Below are positions 27,704 through 37,704 of a stretch of 64,000 bases of DNA, one piece after another. Position 1 is the stretch's first letter. Every line of letters begins with the position of its first letter. The DNA comes from Minisyncoccota bacterium (lineage in GTDB: Bacteria; Patescibacteriota; Microgenomatia; UBA1400; PJMF01). The position numbers were made by a program, and so were the translations under genes. The DNA lies in NCBI GenBank assembly GCA_009991965.1, contig JAACWQ010000006.1, positions 7,174 to 71,173 of the forward strand, read 5' to 3'. The notes below the pieces were generated by a model. It was given only the letters and a program-made list of their open reading frames with translations. It made no database searches and was not told where the DNA came from.

Positions 27704-28588
27704 ATGAACACCGCACATCAATCAGTCATGCTCACCGAAACTCTAGAGATAATGGCAATCAAATCTGGCAGTGTTGTGATTGATGCCACGTTTGGCAGCG
27801 GTGGTCATACACAAGCGTTGCTTGATCAAGGCGCAACCGTTATAGCATTTGACTGGGACACGGAAGCAATAGAACGCGGAGTAGTTCGTTTCAAAGCAGC
27901 TATCGCTGAAAACAAACTCTTTCTCATCCACGAATCATTTTCAAAACTAGCAGAGGAGGTAGCTAATCTCAAACAAACTGAGGACCTACCTATTTCTGCA
28001 GTGCTATTTGATTTTGGCACGAGCAGTGAGCAACTCATGTCTGCAGAACGGGGGTTTAGCTTCATGGGAGATGGGCCACTTGATATGCGCATGGATACCC
28101 GCCTTGCGGTTATGGCAAAAGACATTCTTGCCTTGGTACCAGAAAAACAACTTGAGCAACTTTTTAGAGAATTTTCGGGGGAAGTACACGCGCGAGCAAT
28201 TGCTAAAGCTGTCAAACAATCTCCGACCCCAATCACCACCACGGCCCAACTCGTCGATTGCATTGCAAAAGTAACACATCGAAAAGCTCACGGTCTCCAC
28301 CCTGCAACTAAAGTTTTTCAAGCATTGCGAATCGCGGTCAACGGTGAGCTTAGCGAGATTCAGCTTGCCTTGCCCCAAGCACTCTCAGTACTAGAACAAG
28401 GCGGCAGGATTGTTTGCATCGCATTTCATGAAGGTGAAGATCGGATTGTAAAACAACAATTCGTACAGTGGGAAGCCAACAAAAAAGTGAAGAAATTGTA
28501 CAAAAAACCATTACAACCGAACGAAACAGAGTTACAAAAAAATCCGAGAGCACGCAGTGCAAAATTACGTGGAGTTGAAAAAATATGA
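27704..28588 (+). CDS. rsmH: 16S rRNA (cytosine1402-N4)-methyltransferase RsmH (MraW)
   Basis: VVIDATFGSGGHTQALL SAM-binding motif and ...DMRMD..., the RsmH signature. Sits immediately after mraZ. Confidence 0.9.
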   Translation: MNTAHQSVMLTETLEIMAIKSGSVVIDATFGSGGHTQALLDQGATVIAFDWDTEAIERGVVRFKAAIAENKLFLIHESFSKLAEEVANLKQTEDLPISAVLFDFGTSSEQLMSAERGFSFMGDGPLDMRMDTRLAVMAKDILALVPEKQLEQLFREFSGEVHARAIAKAVKQSPTPITTTAQLVDCIAKVTHRKAHGLHPATKVFQALRIAVNGELSEIQLALPQALSVLEQGGRIVCIAFHEGEDRIVKQQFVQWEANKKVKKLYKKPLQPNETELQKNPRARSAKLRGVEKI

Positions 28589-28884
28589 GAAAACTGTATC
28601 TCTATTTTTACTATGGCTTCCTTGGACTCGCACTTTTCAGTCAAATTGTGCTTACCCTCGTTACAGAATCTATCTGGGTCAAAAGAAACTCCACATATAA
28701 TCAACAGATTTCGGAACAAAGCTTGCTGTTGGCACAACGAAAGCGCTTGGAAACCGAACTTGCACAAATGAGCTCTCTGACAAAACTAGAGCAAGAGGCT
28801 GCTATACTTGGCTACGAGCCGATTAACGCAACCATTGTTGTTGCTGCACAACCAAAGCAAGACTCGCTCGCACTTCGTCCATGA
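28585..28884 (+). CDS. FtsL/DivIC-like cell division protein (single TM plus coiled coil)
   Basis: 99 aa. TM helice YYGFLGLALFSQIVLTLV followed by a coiled segment. Lies between rsmH and ftsI. Confidence 0.55.
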   Translation: MRKLYLYFYYGFLGLALFSQIVLTLVTESIWVKRNSTYNQQISEQSLLLAQRKRLETELAQMSSLTKLEQEAAILGYEPINATIVVAAQPKQDSLALRP

Positions 28885-30626
28885 AAAAAAATCACCATTC
28901 CTCGCATTGGCGAGGAAGAATTGTATTGTCAATTATATTTGTTTGCTCAGCCAGCGTAATTTTGCGACTGTTTTTTTTGCAAGTGATTTCCAGCGATGAA
29001 TTAACCGCACGAGCCGAAAAGCAATATCGCCAAAAAGTTAACAATGTTGGTAGTCGCGGCAATTTATATTTTTCTGATGGTTCACTGCTCGTTGGCAATC
29101 AAACTGTATATCGACTTTTTGCAGAGCCAATCCTCTTTGACAGACCGTCTGCAGAAGTTGCACAGATACTCGGGCAAATACTCATTTCCGATAGCGAACA
29201 GTATGAATCTGCAACGAGTAGCGCTCGCGTCGAACTTGAGGAAAACCTGACGGCAGATCTCGAAACTAAGCTGAGCGCAGAGAACAAAACATGGATTGGA
29301 CTGCGCGAAAGAATTAGCGAGTCTATTAAACAAGAAATTGAGCGAAAAAAAATCCCCGGCATTGGATTCGATGAGTACGAAGTGCGGTACTACCCCGAAG
29401 CTTCAATGGCCGCGCAGCTCACTGGCTTTATTGGAAAAACAGAAGCAGGTGAAGACATTGGTTATTTTGGAATTGAAGGTGCGCTAGAAAAAGAATTACA
29501 ACCGCAACGAGTACAGCGACAAGTGGTACGAGATGCATTAGGAGGAAAACTCTTTTCCGAAAAAGAAGAGTTCGTCTCGCTCAATGGACGTGACGTAACA
29601 ACTACTATAGACAGAGATATTCAAAGAATTCTAGAGCGAGAATTGCAGTTGGGCATACAACGCTACGAGGCACTCGGTGGTGAGGCAATCGCATATGAAC
29701 CAAAAACAGGTCGAATTCTTGGAATTGCAGCAGCCCCTACTTTTGCTCAAGAAAAGTTTTATCTCTATGACCCTGAGTCATATAAAAATCCTGCTCTGAC
29801 CGAACTCTATGAACCTGGCTCAACTTTTAAAATACTCACAGTGGCGGCGGGACTCGACACCGGAAAAATAACCCCAGAAACTACTTGCGACACTTGCACA
29901 GGACCAAGACAATTTGGCTCATACACAATCAGAACGTGGAACGACGAGTACCATCCAAACACGACAATGAGTGATGCGCTGGCCCGTTCTGACAACACTG
30001 CGATGATTTTTATCAGTGAAAAACTTGGAAATGAGACATTTGTAGAATATCTAAAAAAGTTTGGTATTGGAAAAGAGCTTGGTGCAGATTTGCAAGGAGA
30101 CCGTGACACACCATTTCCAACCAGTTGGCGACCAGTCGAAACGGCCACCAGATCGTTTGGACAGGGAATCACTGTTTCGAGCCTCCAGCTCGTTCGCGCC
30201 GTGGCAGCGGTTGCCAACAATGGCGAGTTACTGCGACCGCAAATCATTAGCTCCGTTTTTGATTCAGTCGAAGGAAAAACACACACTGTACAACCAGTTG
30301 TTGAGGAACGAGTCATGAGCACAGCATCCGCTCAAACACTGCAAGACATGCTTGTGTACGCTGCGGAACATGGCGAAGCACAATGGACCTACTCAAAAAA
30401 AATTCCAGTAGCTGGAAAAACTGGAACCTCACAGGTCGCAGAGGAAGGTGGTTATAAAGAGGACGCGACGATCGTGAGCTTCATAGGTTTTTCTCCGCCA
30501 CACGATCCAGATTTTCTGCTTTTTGTAAAACTGCAGGAACCAGGCACTTCGCCTTGGGCAGCTGAAACCGCAGCTCCGCTCTGGTTTCGGATGGCAGAAC
30601 AGATCTCGCTTAGTTTGCGCCAGTAA
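28881..30626 (+). CDS. ftsI: peptidoglycan D,D-transpeptidase FtsI (class B PBP)
   Basis: N-terminal TM, dimerisation domain, transpeptidase motifs STFK (EPGSTFKILTVAAGLD), SDN (ARSDNTAM) and KTGT (AGKTGTSQV). Confidence 0.85.
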   Translation: MKKNHHSSHWRGRIVLSIIFVCSASVILRLFFLQVISSDELTARAEKQYRQKVNNVGSRGNLYFSDGSLLVGNQTVYRLFAEPILFDRPSAEVAQILGQILISDSEQYESATSSARVELEENLTADLETKLSAENKTWIGLRERISESIKQEIERKKIPGIGFDEYEVRYYPEASMAAQLTGFIGKTEAGEDIGYFGIEGALEKELQPQRVQRQVVRDALGGKLFSEKEEFVSLNGRDVTTTIDRDIQRILERELQLGIQRYEALGGEAIAYEPKTGRILGIAAAPTFAQEKFYLYDPESYKNPALTELYEPGSTFKILTVAAGLDTGKITPETTCDTCTGPRQFGSYTIRTWNDEYHPNTTMSDALARSDNTAMIFISEKLGNETFVEYLKKFGIGKELGADLQGDRDTPFPTSWRPVETATRSFGQGITVSSLQLVRAVAAVANNGELLRPQIISSVFDSVEGKTHTVQPVVEERVMSTASAQTLQDMLVYAAEHGEAQWTYSKKIPVAGKTGTSQVAEEGGYKEDATIVSFIGFSPPHDPDFLLFVKLQEPGTSPWAAETAAPLWFRMAEQISLSLRQ

Positions 30627-31862
30627 GTGCTTTATAATAATGACATGCTAGCGCAAGCTCTCTACTTCCTCAAACGCCCATTTCACTTTGTAAAAACGGG
30701 CTTGCTCCAGGGTTTACGCGCACAACTGGCAACAAAATTTCCAGAAAAAAAACTGAAAATCATTGCCATCACTGGTACTGACGGCAAAACAACCACCTCA
30801 ACACTTTTACAACACGTACTTGTCACGGCAAAATATAAATCTGGACTTGTCAGCACAATTGGATTTTTTATGGGCAAGCAACCAAATGATTCTGGCCTAC
30901 ACGTCACTGCACCCCAACCAAAAGACCTCTATGCGTTCATGAAGCAGCTTGTTGAAAAAAAATATGAGCACCTGGTTCTCGAAACCACTTCTCATGGAAT
31001 ATACCAATTTCGCACCTGGGGAATTCGACCTGAAATTGCTGCAATTACCAATATTGACCGCGAACATCTCGATTATCATCTCACGTACGAAAACTATGTA
31101 GCGGCCAAAGCGTTGCTGCTCAAAAAAGCAAAAAGCGTCGTCCTAAATGCTGATGATCAATCTTTTCCGTTACTTACGAAGCTGATTTCTGGCAAAGATA
31201 TACAAACTTTTTCTGCAAGTGACCGCTTGCCACCAGGTGTCTCCAAAGCCATCGCAGCTCGATTTCCAGAGCTATATAACCAGCAAAACGCTCGTCTTGT
31301 TTTCCAAATTACTCAGCAGCTCGGAATTTCAAAAGAAACATTCATAGCGGCAGTAACCACTTTTGTGCATGCTCCCGGCAGAATGCAGTGGCTTGACCTA
31401 GGGAAACCATACAAAGTGCTGATCGATTTTGCGCACACACCTCAGGGCATCGAAGCTGTTCTCACTACGCTCAAGAAGCAGCAGGCAGTAAAGAAAAAAC
31501 AGGGAAGAGTCATTGTGGTCTTTGGCTGTGCCGGATTGCGCGACAGAGACAAGCGTCCCGTCATGGGAAAAATTGCTACTGATCTGGCAGACCTTGCAAT
31601 ATTCACCGCAGAAGATCCGCGTACAGAAGATAAATGGTCAATTATTCGACAAATGAAAGAACAATTACGTAGTAATCACGATAAAGTTGTATCTATTGCA
31701 GACAGGGGGGAAGCTATCCAATTTGCGTTGGATGCAGCTCAGCCAGGAGACATAGTTGCCATTCTTGGTAAAGGCCATGAACAAAGTATGAGTTACGGAA
31801 CAGAAGAAATTCCTTGGGACGATGTTCGGATTACAACTAAGCTCGCCAAAAATCAAACATGA
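30627..31862 (+). CDS. murE: UDP-N-acetylmuramoyl-L-alanyl-D-glutamate--2,6-diaminopimelate (or L-Lys) ligase MurE, with a reduced N-terminal domain
   Basis: P-loop IAITGTDGKTTTSTLL at residue ~48, TTSHG, DFAHTPQGIEAVL and VVFGCAGLRDRDKRP (MurE-type), ILGKGHE. Only 411 aa. Confidence 0.8.
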   Translation: MLYNNDMLAQALYFLKRPFHFVKTGLLQGLRAQLATKFPEKKLKIIAITGTDGKTTTSTLLQHVLVTAKYKSGLVSTIGFFMGKQPNDSGLHVTAPQPKDLYAFMKQLVEKKYEHLVLETTSHGIYQFRTWGIRPEIAAITNIDREHLDYHLTYENYVAAKALLLKKAKSVVLNADDQSFPLLTKLISGKDIQTFSASDRLPPGVSKAIAARFPELYNQQNARLVFQITQQLGISKETFIAAVTTFVHAPGRMQWLDLGKPYKVLIDFAHTPQGIEAVLTTLKKQQAVKKKQGRVIVVFGCAGLRDRDKRPVMGKIATDLADLAIFTAEDPRTEDKWSIIRQMKEQLRSNHDKVVSIADRGEAIQFALDAAQPGDIVAILGKGHEQSMSYGTEEIPWDDVRITTKLAKNQT

Positions 31863-32839
31863 GAGACAAATCTGTCGTTGTGATCGGTGGCGGAACAGGA
31901 ATTTATCCCGTTGTAACTGCACTCAAAAAGTTACCTGTCAAAATAACTACGATTATTGCGGTCTCAGACTCCGGTGGCTCGACGGGCAGAATTAGAGACG
32001 AATTCGGATTTCCACCAGTCGGGGACTTGCGCCAATCTTTGGCAGCACTCGCAAACACCGACAGCCAAAAAGCCCTGCAACAATTGTTGCTCTACCGATT
32101 TGAAAAAGGGAGTGGTCTCAAGGGGCATAATCTTGGAAATCTGATTCTGACTGCTTTACAAGATACGTATGCCTCTACTACCAAAGCGCTCGAGGTAGCG
32201 CAACAAATTTTCCGCATTCAAGGAACTGTGATTCCTAGTACAGAATCTGCGGTCAACTTAGCAATCACCTATACCGACGGTACAACTGTGGTTGGTGAAC
32301 ATATATTAGATGCAGTGACGGCGCAACCAAAAAAAATCTTATCTGTTGCCCTCACTCCCAACTGTCAACTCAACCCCGCAGCCGCAGCCGCAATACAACA
32401 AGCAGATCTCGTCATAATTGGACCAGGAGATCTCTATGCGAGCTTGCTTGCCGTTTTGGTAACCCCAGGTCTATCTCAAGCACTTAAAAAATCAAAAGCT
32501 CCAATCGCGTACTTTCTCAACCTGATGACCCGGCACTCACAAACGCACGATATGACCGCAAAAGACCACGTTGCGGAAATAGAACGCACGCTCGGATTTC
32601 CGCTCACCCATATACTTGTGAACTCAGATCCAATCGAAACAAAGTTACTCGCTGCCTACGCAGCACAAAGTGAATTTCCTGTGGTCAATAATTTGCTGCA
32701 AGACGCGAGGATCATCGAGAGTCCGTTGCTACAAAAAACTATTCATCAACAATCGGAAGTGGACGCAGTTCACCGAGCATTGTTACGCCATAGTAGTAAA
32801 AAAATTCTGCCTGTGCTTAAATCACTCATAGCATCATGA
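31859..32839 (+). CDS. YvcK/UPF0052 (CofD-like, gluconeogenesis-factor) family protein
   Basis: VVVIGGGTGIYPVVTALKKLPVKITTIIAVSDSGGSTGRIRDEFGFPPVGDLRQSLAAL...FEKGSGLKGHNLGNLILTAL is closely collinear with B. subtilis YvcK (IVVIGGGTGLSVLLRGLK...VADDGGSSGRLR...PPPGD...GHSLGNLLL). Confidence 0.75.
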   Translation: MRDKSVVVIGGGTGIYPVVTALKKLPVKITTIIAVSDSGGSTGRIRDEFGFPPVGDLRQSLAALANTDSQKALQQLLLYRFEKGSGLKGHNLGNLILTALQDTYASTTKALEVAQQIFRIQGTVIPSTESAVNLAITYTDGTTVVGEHILDAVTAQPKKILSVALTPNCQLNPAAAAAIQQADLVIIGPGDLYASLLAVLVTPGLSQALKKSKAPIAYFLNLMTRHSQTHDMTAKDHVAEIERTLGFPLTHILVNSDPIETKLLAAYAAQSEFPVVNNLLQDARIIESPLLQKTIHQQSEVDAVHRALLRHSSKKILPVLKSLIAS

Positions 32840-34242
32840 CAAATTTCCCTTACAAACAGGTACATCTTGTTGGCATCAAAGGCGTTGCTATGACAGCGCT
32901 CGCACAGTTGTTGCGAGATTATGACGTGCAGGTGACTGGTAGCGATCTCACAAATAATTTTGTTACCAAAAGTGCGTTGGATAAACTAGATCTTGTCATT
33001 CAAACGTCATTCGCTGAGCCGTTACCAGGGGGAACTGACTGCATTATTTATACCGCTGCGCATCAATCGATTAACAACATGCAAGTGCAAGCAGCACTGG
33101 CAGCAGGCATTCCAATATTTTCCCATGCAGAAGCACTAGGTATGTTCTTTGACCAAAAAAATGGTGTAGCTGTTTGCGGCGTCGGTGGCAAATCGACTAC
33201 TACAGCGATGATCACCTGGATTTTGGAAAAACTCGAGCAGCATCCTTCATATGCAGTTGGCGTCGGCAGCATCCTTGGTCTCGAGAATACTGGCAAATTT
33301 TCTCCCGAGGGCACAACCTTTGTCGCGGAAGCCGATGAATATGTCACTGACCCAACAGAGCAAAACCCAAAACTGCGAGTTGCGCGTTTTTCTTATTTGC
33401 ACCCGAGCATCACCGTTTGCACCAATATTTTGCACGACCACCCAGATGTGTATGCTGAGGAATCGGACACGCTCGCTGTCTTTAATACATTTTTTGCACA
33501 AATGAAAAATCCGAGTACGCTCATCATCAACTCACAATCGCTCGCTGCAGTTTCTGCTCCTGTCGAGCACATACTCACCTATGGCACACGACCAGAAGAT
33601 ACATTCCGGCTGCGAGAAAATTTGACAGTCAAAGACAAACAAGCCACCACAACACTTGAATATCAGGGAACCGCATACTCACTCGTCCTCGGAGTTCCTG
33701 GGTTTTTTAATATGCTCAATGCAACTGCGGCTATCGCAGCATGTGTGTCACTTGGCCTTTCCATCGAGGACTCCATCGCAGCAATCCGCACATTTGCCTC
33801 AACCCAACGACGGTTTGAAAACAAAGGCCTGGTTCACGGCGTTCAGTACTACGATGACTACGCCCACCACCCAGCAGAAATCACTGCAACGATTGTGGCG
33901 GCGAAAGAGTGGGAACCAAATAAGCGCATTGTTTTTGCCTTTCAGCCACACACCTACTCTAGAACTAAAAAATTATTTACAGAATTTGTATCTGCGCTAT
34001 CACTTGCTGATGAAGTGCTGTTATTGCCTATTTATGCCTCAGCACGAGAACAAAGTGATACCACTATTTCGAGTGACATGCTCAAAACTGCAATCGGAAA
34101 AAAACGACAGCTCAAAACATTAGAGGTCTTGCCAGACGTATCAAAACTAGCAGAGTGGTGCAAAACAAACCTCTTAGCAGGCGACGTCTGTATCACACTA
34201 GGAGCCGGAGATATTTATCTGGTTCATGAATTGCTACAATGA
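32836..34242 (+). CDS. murC: UDP-N-acetylmuramate--L-alanine ligase MurC
   Basis: VHLVGIKGVAMTALAQLL N-terminal Rossmann motif, P-loop GVGGKSTTTAMI, DDYAHHPAEI. Confidence 0.85.
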   Translation: MTNFPYKQVHLVGIKGVAMTALAQLLRDYDVQVTGSDLTNNFVTKSALDKLDLVIQTSFAEPLPGGTDCIIYTAAHQSINNMQVQAALAAGIPIFSHAEALGMFFDQKNGVAVCGVGGKSTTTAMITWILEKLEQHPSYAVGVGSILGLENTGKFSPEGTTFVAEADEYVTDPTEQNPKLRVARFSYLHPSITVCTNILHDHPDVYAEESDTLAVFNTFFAQMKNPSTLIINSQSLAAVSAPVEHILTYGTRPEDTFRLRENLTVKDKQATTTLEYQGTAYSLVLGVPGFFNMLNATAAIAACVSLGLSIEDSIAAIRTFASTQRRFENKGLVHGVQYYDDYAHHPAEITATIVAAKEWEPNKRIVFAFQPHTYSRTKKLFTEFVSALSLADEVLLLPIYASAREQSDTTISSDMLKTAIGKKRQLKTLEVLPDVSKLAEWCKTNLLAGDVCITLGAGDIYLVHELLQ

Positions 34243-35320
34243 CATCATGAACTCCTGGAAAACACAACTCATTCAGACCTGTCCCGATACTACTTTTCGC
34301 GAAAATGAATCGCTGGCACACCATACAACGGTAGGCATTGGTGGACCTGCGGAACTATTTTGTATTGTTACCTCAAAAGATGAATGTACCAAGGTACTGC
34401 AAGCTGCTGTGGGTCTAAAAATTCCCACCACCGTGCTCGGCTGGGGCGCCAACACACTGATTGCAGATCGAGGTATTGCTGGTTTGGTTATCAAAAATAC
34501 TGCCAGCGAAATACGGGTGCTCACCGAACAGCCAACGGCCAGCTCAGCGACAGCGATCGACGCTCGATGGAAAGCAGCCACCTCAGATTCTAGAATGCCA
34601 CAGTTTCAAGACATAGATTATGACGAAAATGATGCAGAACGAGTGGTTGTAGACGTTGACGCTGGCGCAGCGCTACCAGTACTTATTCAGCAGCTAGTGC
34701 AACGAGGTATCACCGGACTGCAGTGGTTTACCAAAATTCCCGCATCTCTGGGTGGGGCAGTGGTAAATAATATCCACGGCGGAACTCATTATATTTCAGA
34801 GTTTATAGCGTCTGTCACTGTGCTTGATGCGTCTGGAACGACACAAACACTTTCTGCCGACCAGCTTGAATTTGGCTATGACTACTCAAGATTTCATCAT
34901 TCTAACGAGTTTATTTTGTCTGTTCGACTCCAACTATTTAGAGGTGACCAACAACGGGCGCAGCAAGTCATAACAGATTGGTCAAGACAAAAGCAGAAAC
35001 AGCCGGCCCGCTCGCTTGGTTGTGTCTTTCAAAATATTTCAGTCGAAGAGCAAGCGCAACTCTCACTGCCAACCCCAAGCATTGGTTACCTGGTTGATCA
35101 AAAATTACACCTGGCTGGACTACGAATTGGTGACGCCGAGATTTCACAGCAACACGCGGCTTTTATCGTAAATACTGGAGCGGCAACTGCTACCGATTAC
35201 CTCGAGTTATTAAAACGCATTCATGCAGCGGTCAAGGTAAAATTTGGCATTTCACTCAAACCAGAAATATTTTTTAAAGGATTTAAACCCGAAGAACTAG
35301 CATTCATAACTCAGTTATAA
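34226..35320 (+). CDS. murB: UDP-N-acetylenolpyruvoylglucosamine reductase MurB
   Basis: FAD-binding HTTVGIGGPAELF...GWGANTLIADRGIAGLVIK. An alternative in-frame ATG at 34247 is possible. Confidence 0.8.
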   Translation: MNCYNDIMNSWKTQLIQTCPDTTFRENESLAHHTTVGIGGPAELFCIVTSKDECTKVLQAAVGLKIPTTVLGWGANTLIADRGIAGLVIKNTASEIRVLTEQPTASSATAIDARWKAATSDSRMPQFQDIDYDENDAERVVVDVDAGAALPVLIQQLVQRGITGLQWFTKIPASLGGAVVNNIHGGTHYISEFIASVTVLDASGTTQTLSADQLEFGYDYSRFHHSNEFILSVRLQLFRGDQQRAQQVITDWSRQKQKQPARSLGCVFQNISVEEQAQLSLPTPSIGYLVDQKLHLAGLRIGDAEISQQHAAFIVNTGAATATDYLELLKRIHAAVKVKFGISLKPEIFFKGFKPEELAFITQL

Positions 35321-36645
35321 TGGAATCTATGAACTCATTTGAAATCGTCGGTGGCAAACCATTATTTGGCTCAGTCAGAATTGGCGGCGCCAAAAACGCT
35401 TCATATAAACTCATGCTCGCGGCGCTACTCGGGGATACACCCTCAAGAATTCTGAACTTCTCCCATATTCAAGACGTAACCACAGTTGGCAACATTATTA
35501 CTTCGCTCGGTGGAGAAGTGAAAAAAGTTGGAGAACGAGCACTGGTAATCGACCCGAGTGGTATGGATTCATTTGAACTCTCAAATACTGTCGGCGAAGA
35601 AGGTCGATTTTCAAGCATGTTTATCGCACCACTCCTTGCTCGATTTGGCAAAGCAATCGTACCCATGCCGGGTGGAGATAAGATTGGCAAGCGACCACTC
35701 GATTGGCACTTTGATGGCCTGCGCGCACTCGGTGCAGATGTGTCGCTAGAAAATGGCATATTTTTTGCTCAAGCAGAAAAATTGTATGGAGCAAACTATC
35801 GTTTTCACAAAAATACACACACAGGAACCGAAACAATTATTCTTGCCGCGGTGCTCGCCGAAGGAACAACAAGATTGGAAAATGTCTCCGAAGAACCCGA
35901 AGTTGATGATCTTATAGAGTTTCTTATTGAAATGGGCGCAAAAATATCTCGTCCAGAACACAGAGTAATTGAAATTATCGGGGTAGAAAAACTAAACGGC
36001 GCCATTCACAAATTGATGCCAGATCGCAATGAAGCTGTCAGTTACGCATGTGCTGCAATTGCCACAGAGGGTGACATTATCATTGAGAATGCAAATTCAG
36101 AACATCTCACTTCGTTTTTGGCAAAACTCGACGAAATTGGCGCGGGTTTTGAAGTTGGCCAATATGGCATTCGTTTTTTTTATAAAGGTCCTCTCAAGGC
36201 GACCGATGTAACAACCGCACAAGCACCAGGTTTTATGACTGACTGGCAGCCGCTGTGGGCAACCCTGATGACGCAAGCCGTTGGCACCAGTACTATTCAC
36301 GAGACAATTTACCAGAGTCGCTTCCAATACGTCAAAGAACTCCAAGCAATGGGGGCACATATTACTGCTTTTCAACCAGAAGTTGCAAACCCAGTCGAGC
36401 AATATAATTTCGAGTACGAAGAAAGTGACAAAGAAATCCAGCATGCAATCGCGATCTCTGGACCCACACAGCTGCAGGCTGGTGAATTTTCGGTGAAAGA
36501 CCTCCGCCATGGTGCTACCTTGGTTATAGCTGCCCTCATTGCCACTGGCAAAAGTACCATCAGTTCTATTGGACACATTGACCGCGGATATGAATCACTA
36601 GATGAACGACTTCGTTCTCTCGGCGCAGAAATCACCAGAACGTAG
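35320..36645 (+). CDS. murA: UDP-N-acetylglucosamine 1-carboxyvinyltransferase MurA
   Basis: FEIVGGKPLFGSVRIGGAKNASYKLMLAALL, a canonical MurA N-terminus that includes the catalytic-loop region. Confidence 0.9.
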   Translation: MESMNSFEIVGGKPLFGSVRIGGAKNASYKLMLAALLGDTPSRILNFSHIQDVTTVGNIITSLGGEVKKVGERALVIDPSGMDSFELSNTVGEEGRFSSMFIAPLLARFGKAIVPMPGGDKIGKRPLDWHFDGLRALGADVSLENGIFFAQAEKLYGANYRFHKNTHTGTETIILAAVLAEGTTRLENVSEEPEVDDLIEFLIEMGAKISRPEHRVIEIIGVEKLNGAIHKLMPDRNEAVSYACAAIATEGDIIIENANSEHLTSFLAKLDEIGAGFEVGQYGIRFFYKGPLKATDVTTAQAPGFMTDWQPLWATLMTQAVGTSTIHETIYQSRFQYVKELQAMGAHITAFQPEVANPVEQYNFEYEESDKEIQHAIAISGPTQLQAGEFSVKDLRHGATLVIAALIATGKSTISSIGHIDRGYESLDERLRSLGAEITRT

Positions 36646-36657
36646 TATCATAAAGGT

Positions 36658-37704
36658 ATGCAATCACTCGGCATCGCGTTTGGCGTTCTCTTATTTTCTT
36701 TCATTGTTACCTCAATTCTCATCATTCCCTTCATCAATCTTTTGTACTCCTGGCGATTTCGCAGGAAGTCACAAATTACTTCCGACATATTTGGCAAATT
36801 AACCCCGATTTTTAATCGTTTCCATGCAAAAAAAGCAGGTGTTCCAATCGGTGGAGGCCTACTTGTCATCCTCGTCGTTTCTGGACTATTTGCAATCATT
36901 TTACCTCTGGTAAAATTCTTTGGGCAAGAGGTTACCAGCGTGCATCGAGATATCACCGCGGAGATTAATATTATTTTCTTTACCTTCATTTCATTTGGCC
37001 TACTTGGCCTCTATGACGACATTAAAAAGTTTTTTCTACTCGAGAAGGAAGGCTTTTTTGGCCTAGGGATGAAACACAAATTTTTCTTAGAGCTCATTCT
37101 TTCACTCATCATCAGTCTGATGCTGTATCAAAACCTTGGGATATCTTTTATCAACATTCCGTTCATCGGCACATTTAATCTCGGGTTACTGTTTGTTCCC
37201 TTCGCTACGTTTACTATTTTGGCGTTTGCAAATGCAGTCAATGTAACCGACGGACTCGACGGACTTGCCTCCGGTTCGCTCATGATTTGTCTCTTTGGGC
37301 TTTGGCTCCTCTCAGCCTCCATTCTCGATATCCCATTATCCTTGTTTATCGCAATTTGGATCGGCTCCCTCATTTCTTTTCTCTACTTCAACGTCTATCC
37401 AGCCAGAATATTCATGGGTGACGTCGGCTCTCTCGCGTTTGGAGCCACGCTTGCTGTTATAGGATTGTTGCTTGGCAAAGTCTTCGCGCTACTCATTATC
37501 GGCTTTATATTTGTACTTGAAATTACAACTTCATTTTTGCAATTGCTGTCAAAACGATTCCGAAAAAAGAAGTTATTTCCAGCCGCTCCCTTTCATCTGA
37601 CACTACAGCAACAAGGATGGGAAGAACCAAAAATTGTACAACGAGCCTGGATTATTCAAATTTTACTCACCATATTTGGTGTTTGGCTCACAGTAGTGAG
37701 ATGA
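36658..37704 (+). CDS. mraY: phospho-N-acetylmuramoyl-pentapeptide transferase MraY
   Basis: ANAVNVTDGLDGLASG and MGDVGSLAFGATLA signature motifs. Ten TM helices. Confidence 0.9.
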   Translation: MQSLGIAFGVLLFSFIVTSILIIPFINLLYSWRFRRKSQITSDIFGKLTPIFNRFHAKKAGVPIGGGLLVILVVSGLFAIILPLVKFFGQEVTSVHRDITAEINIIFFTFISFGLLGLYDDIKKFFLLEKEGFFGLGMKHKFFLELILSLIISLMLYQNLGISFINIPFIGTFNLGLLFVPFATFTILAFANAVNVTDGLDGLASGSLMICLFGLWLLSASILDIPLSLFIAIWIGSLISFLYFNVYPARIFMGDVGSLAFGATLAVIGLLLGKVFALLIIGFIFVLEITTSFLQLLSKRFRKKKLFPAAPFHLTLQQQGWEEPKIVQRAWIIQILLTIFGVWLTVVR

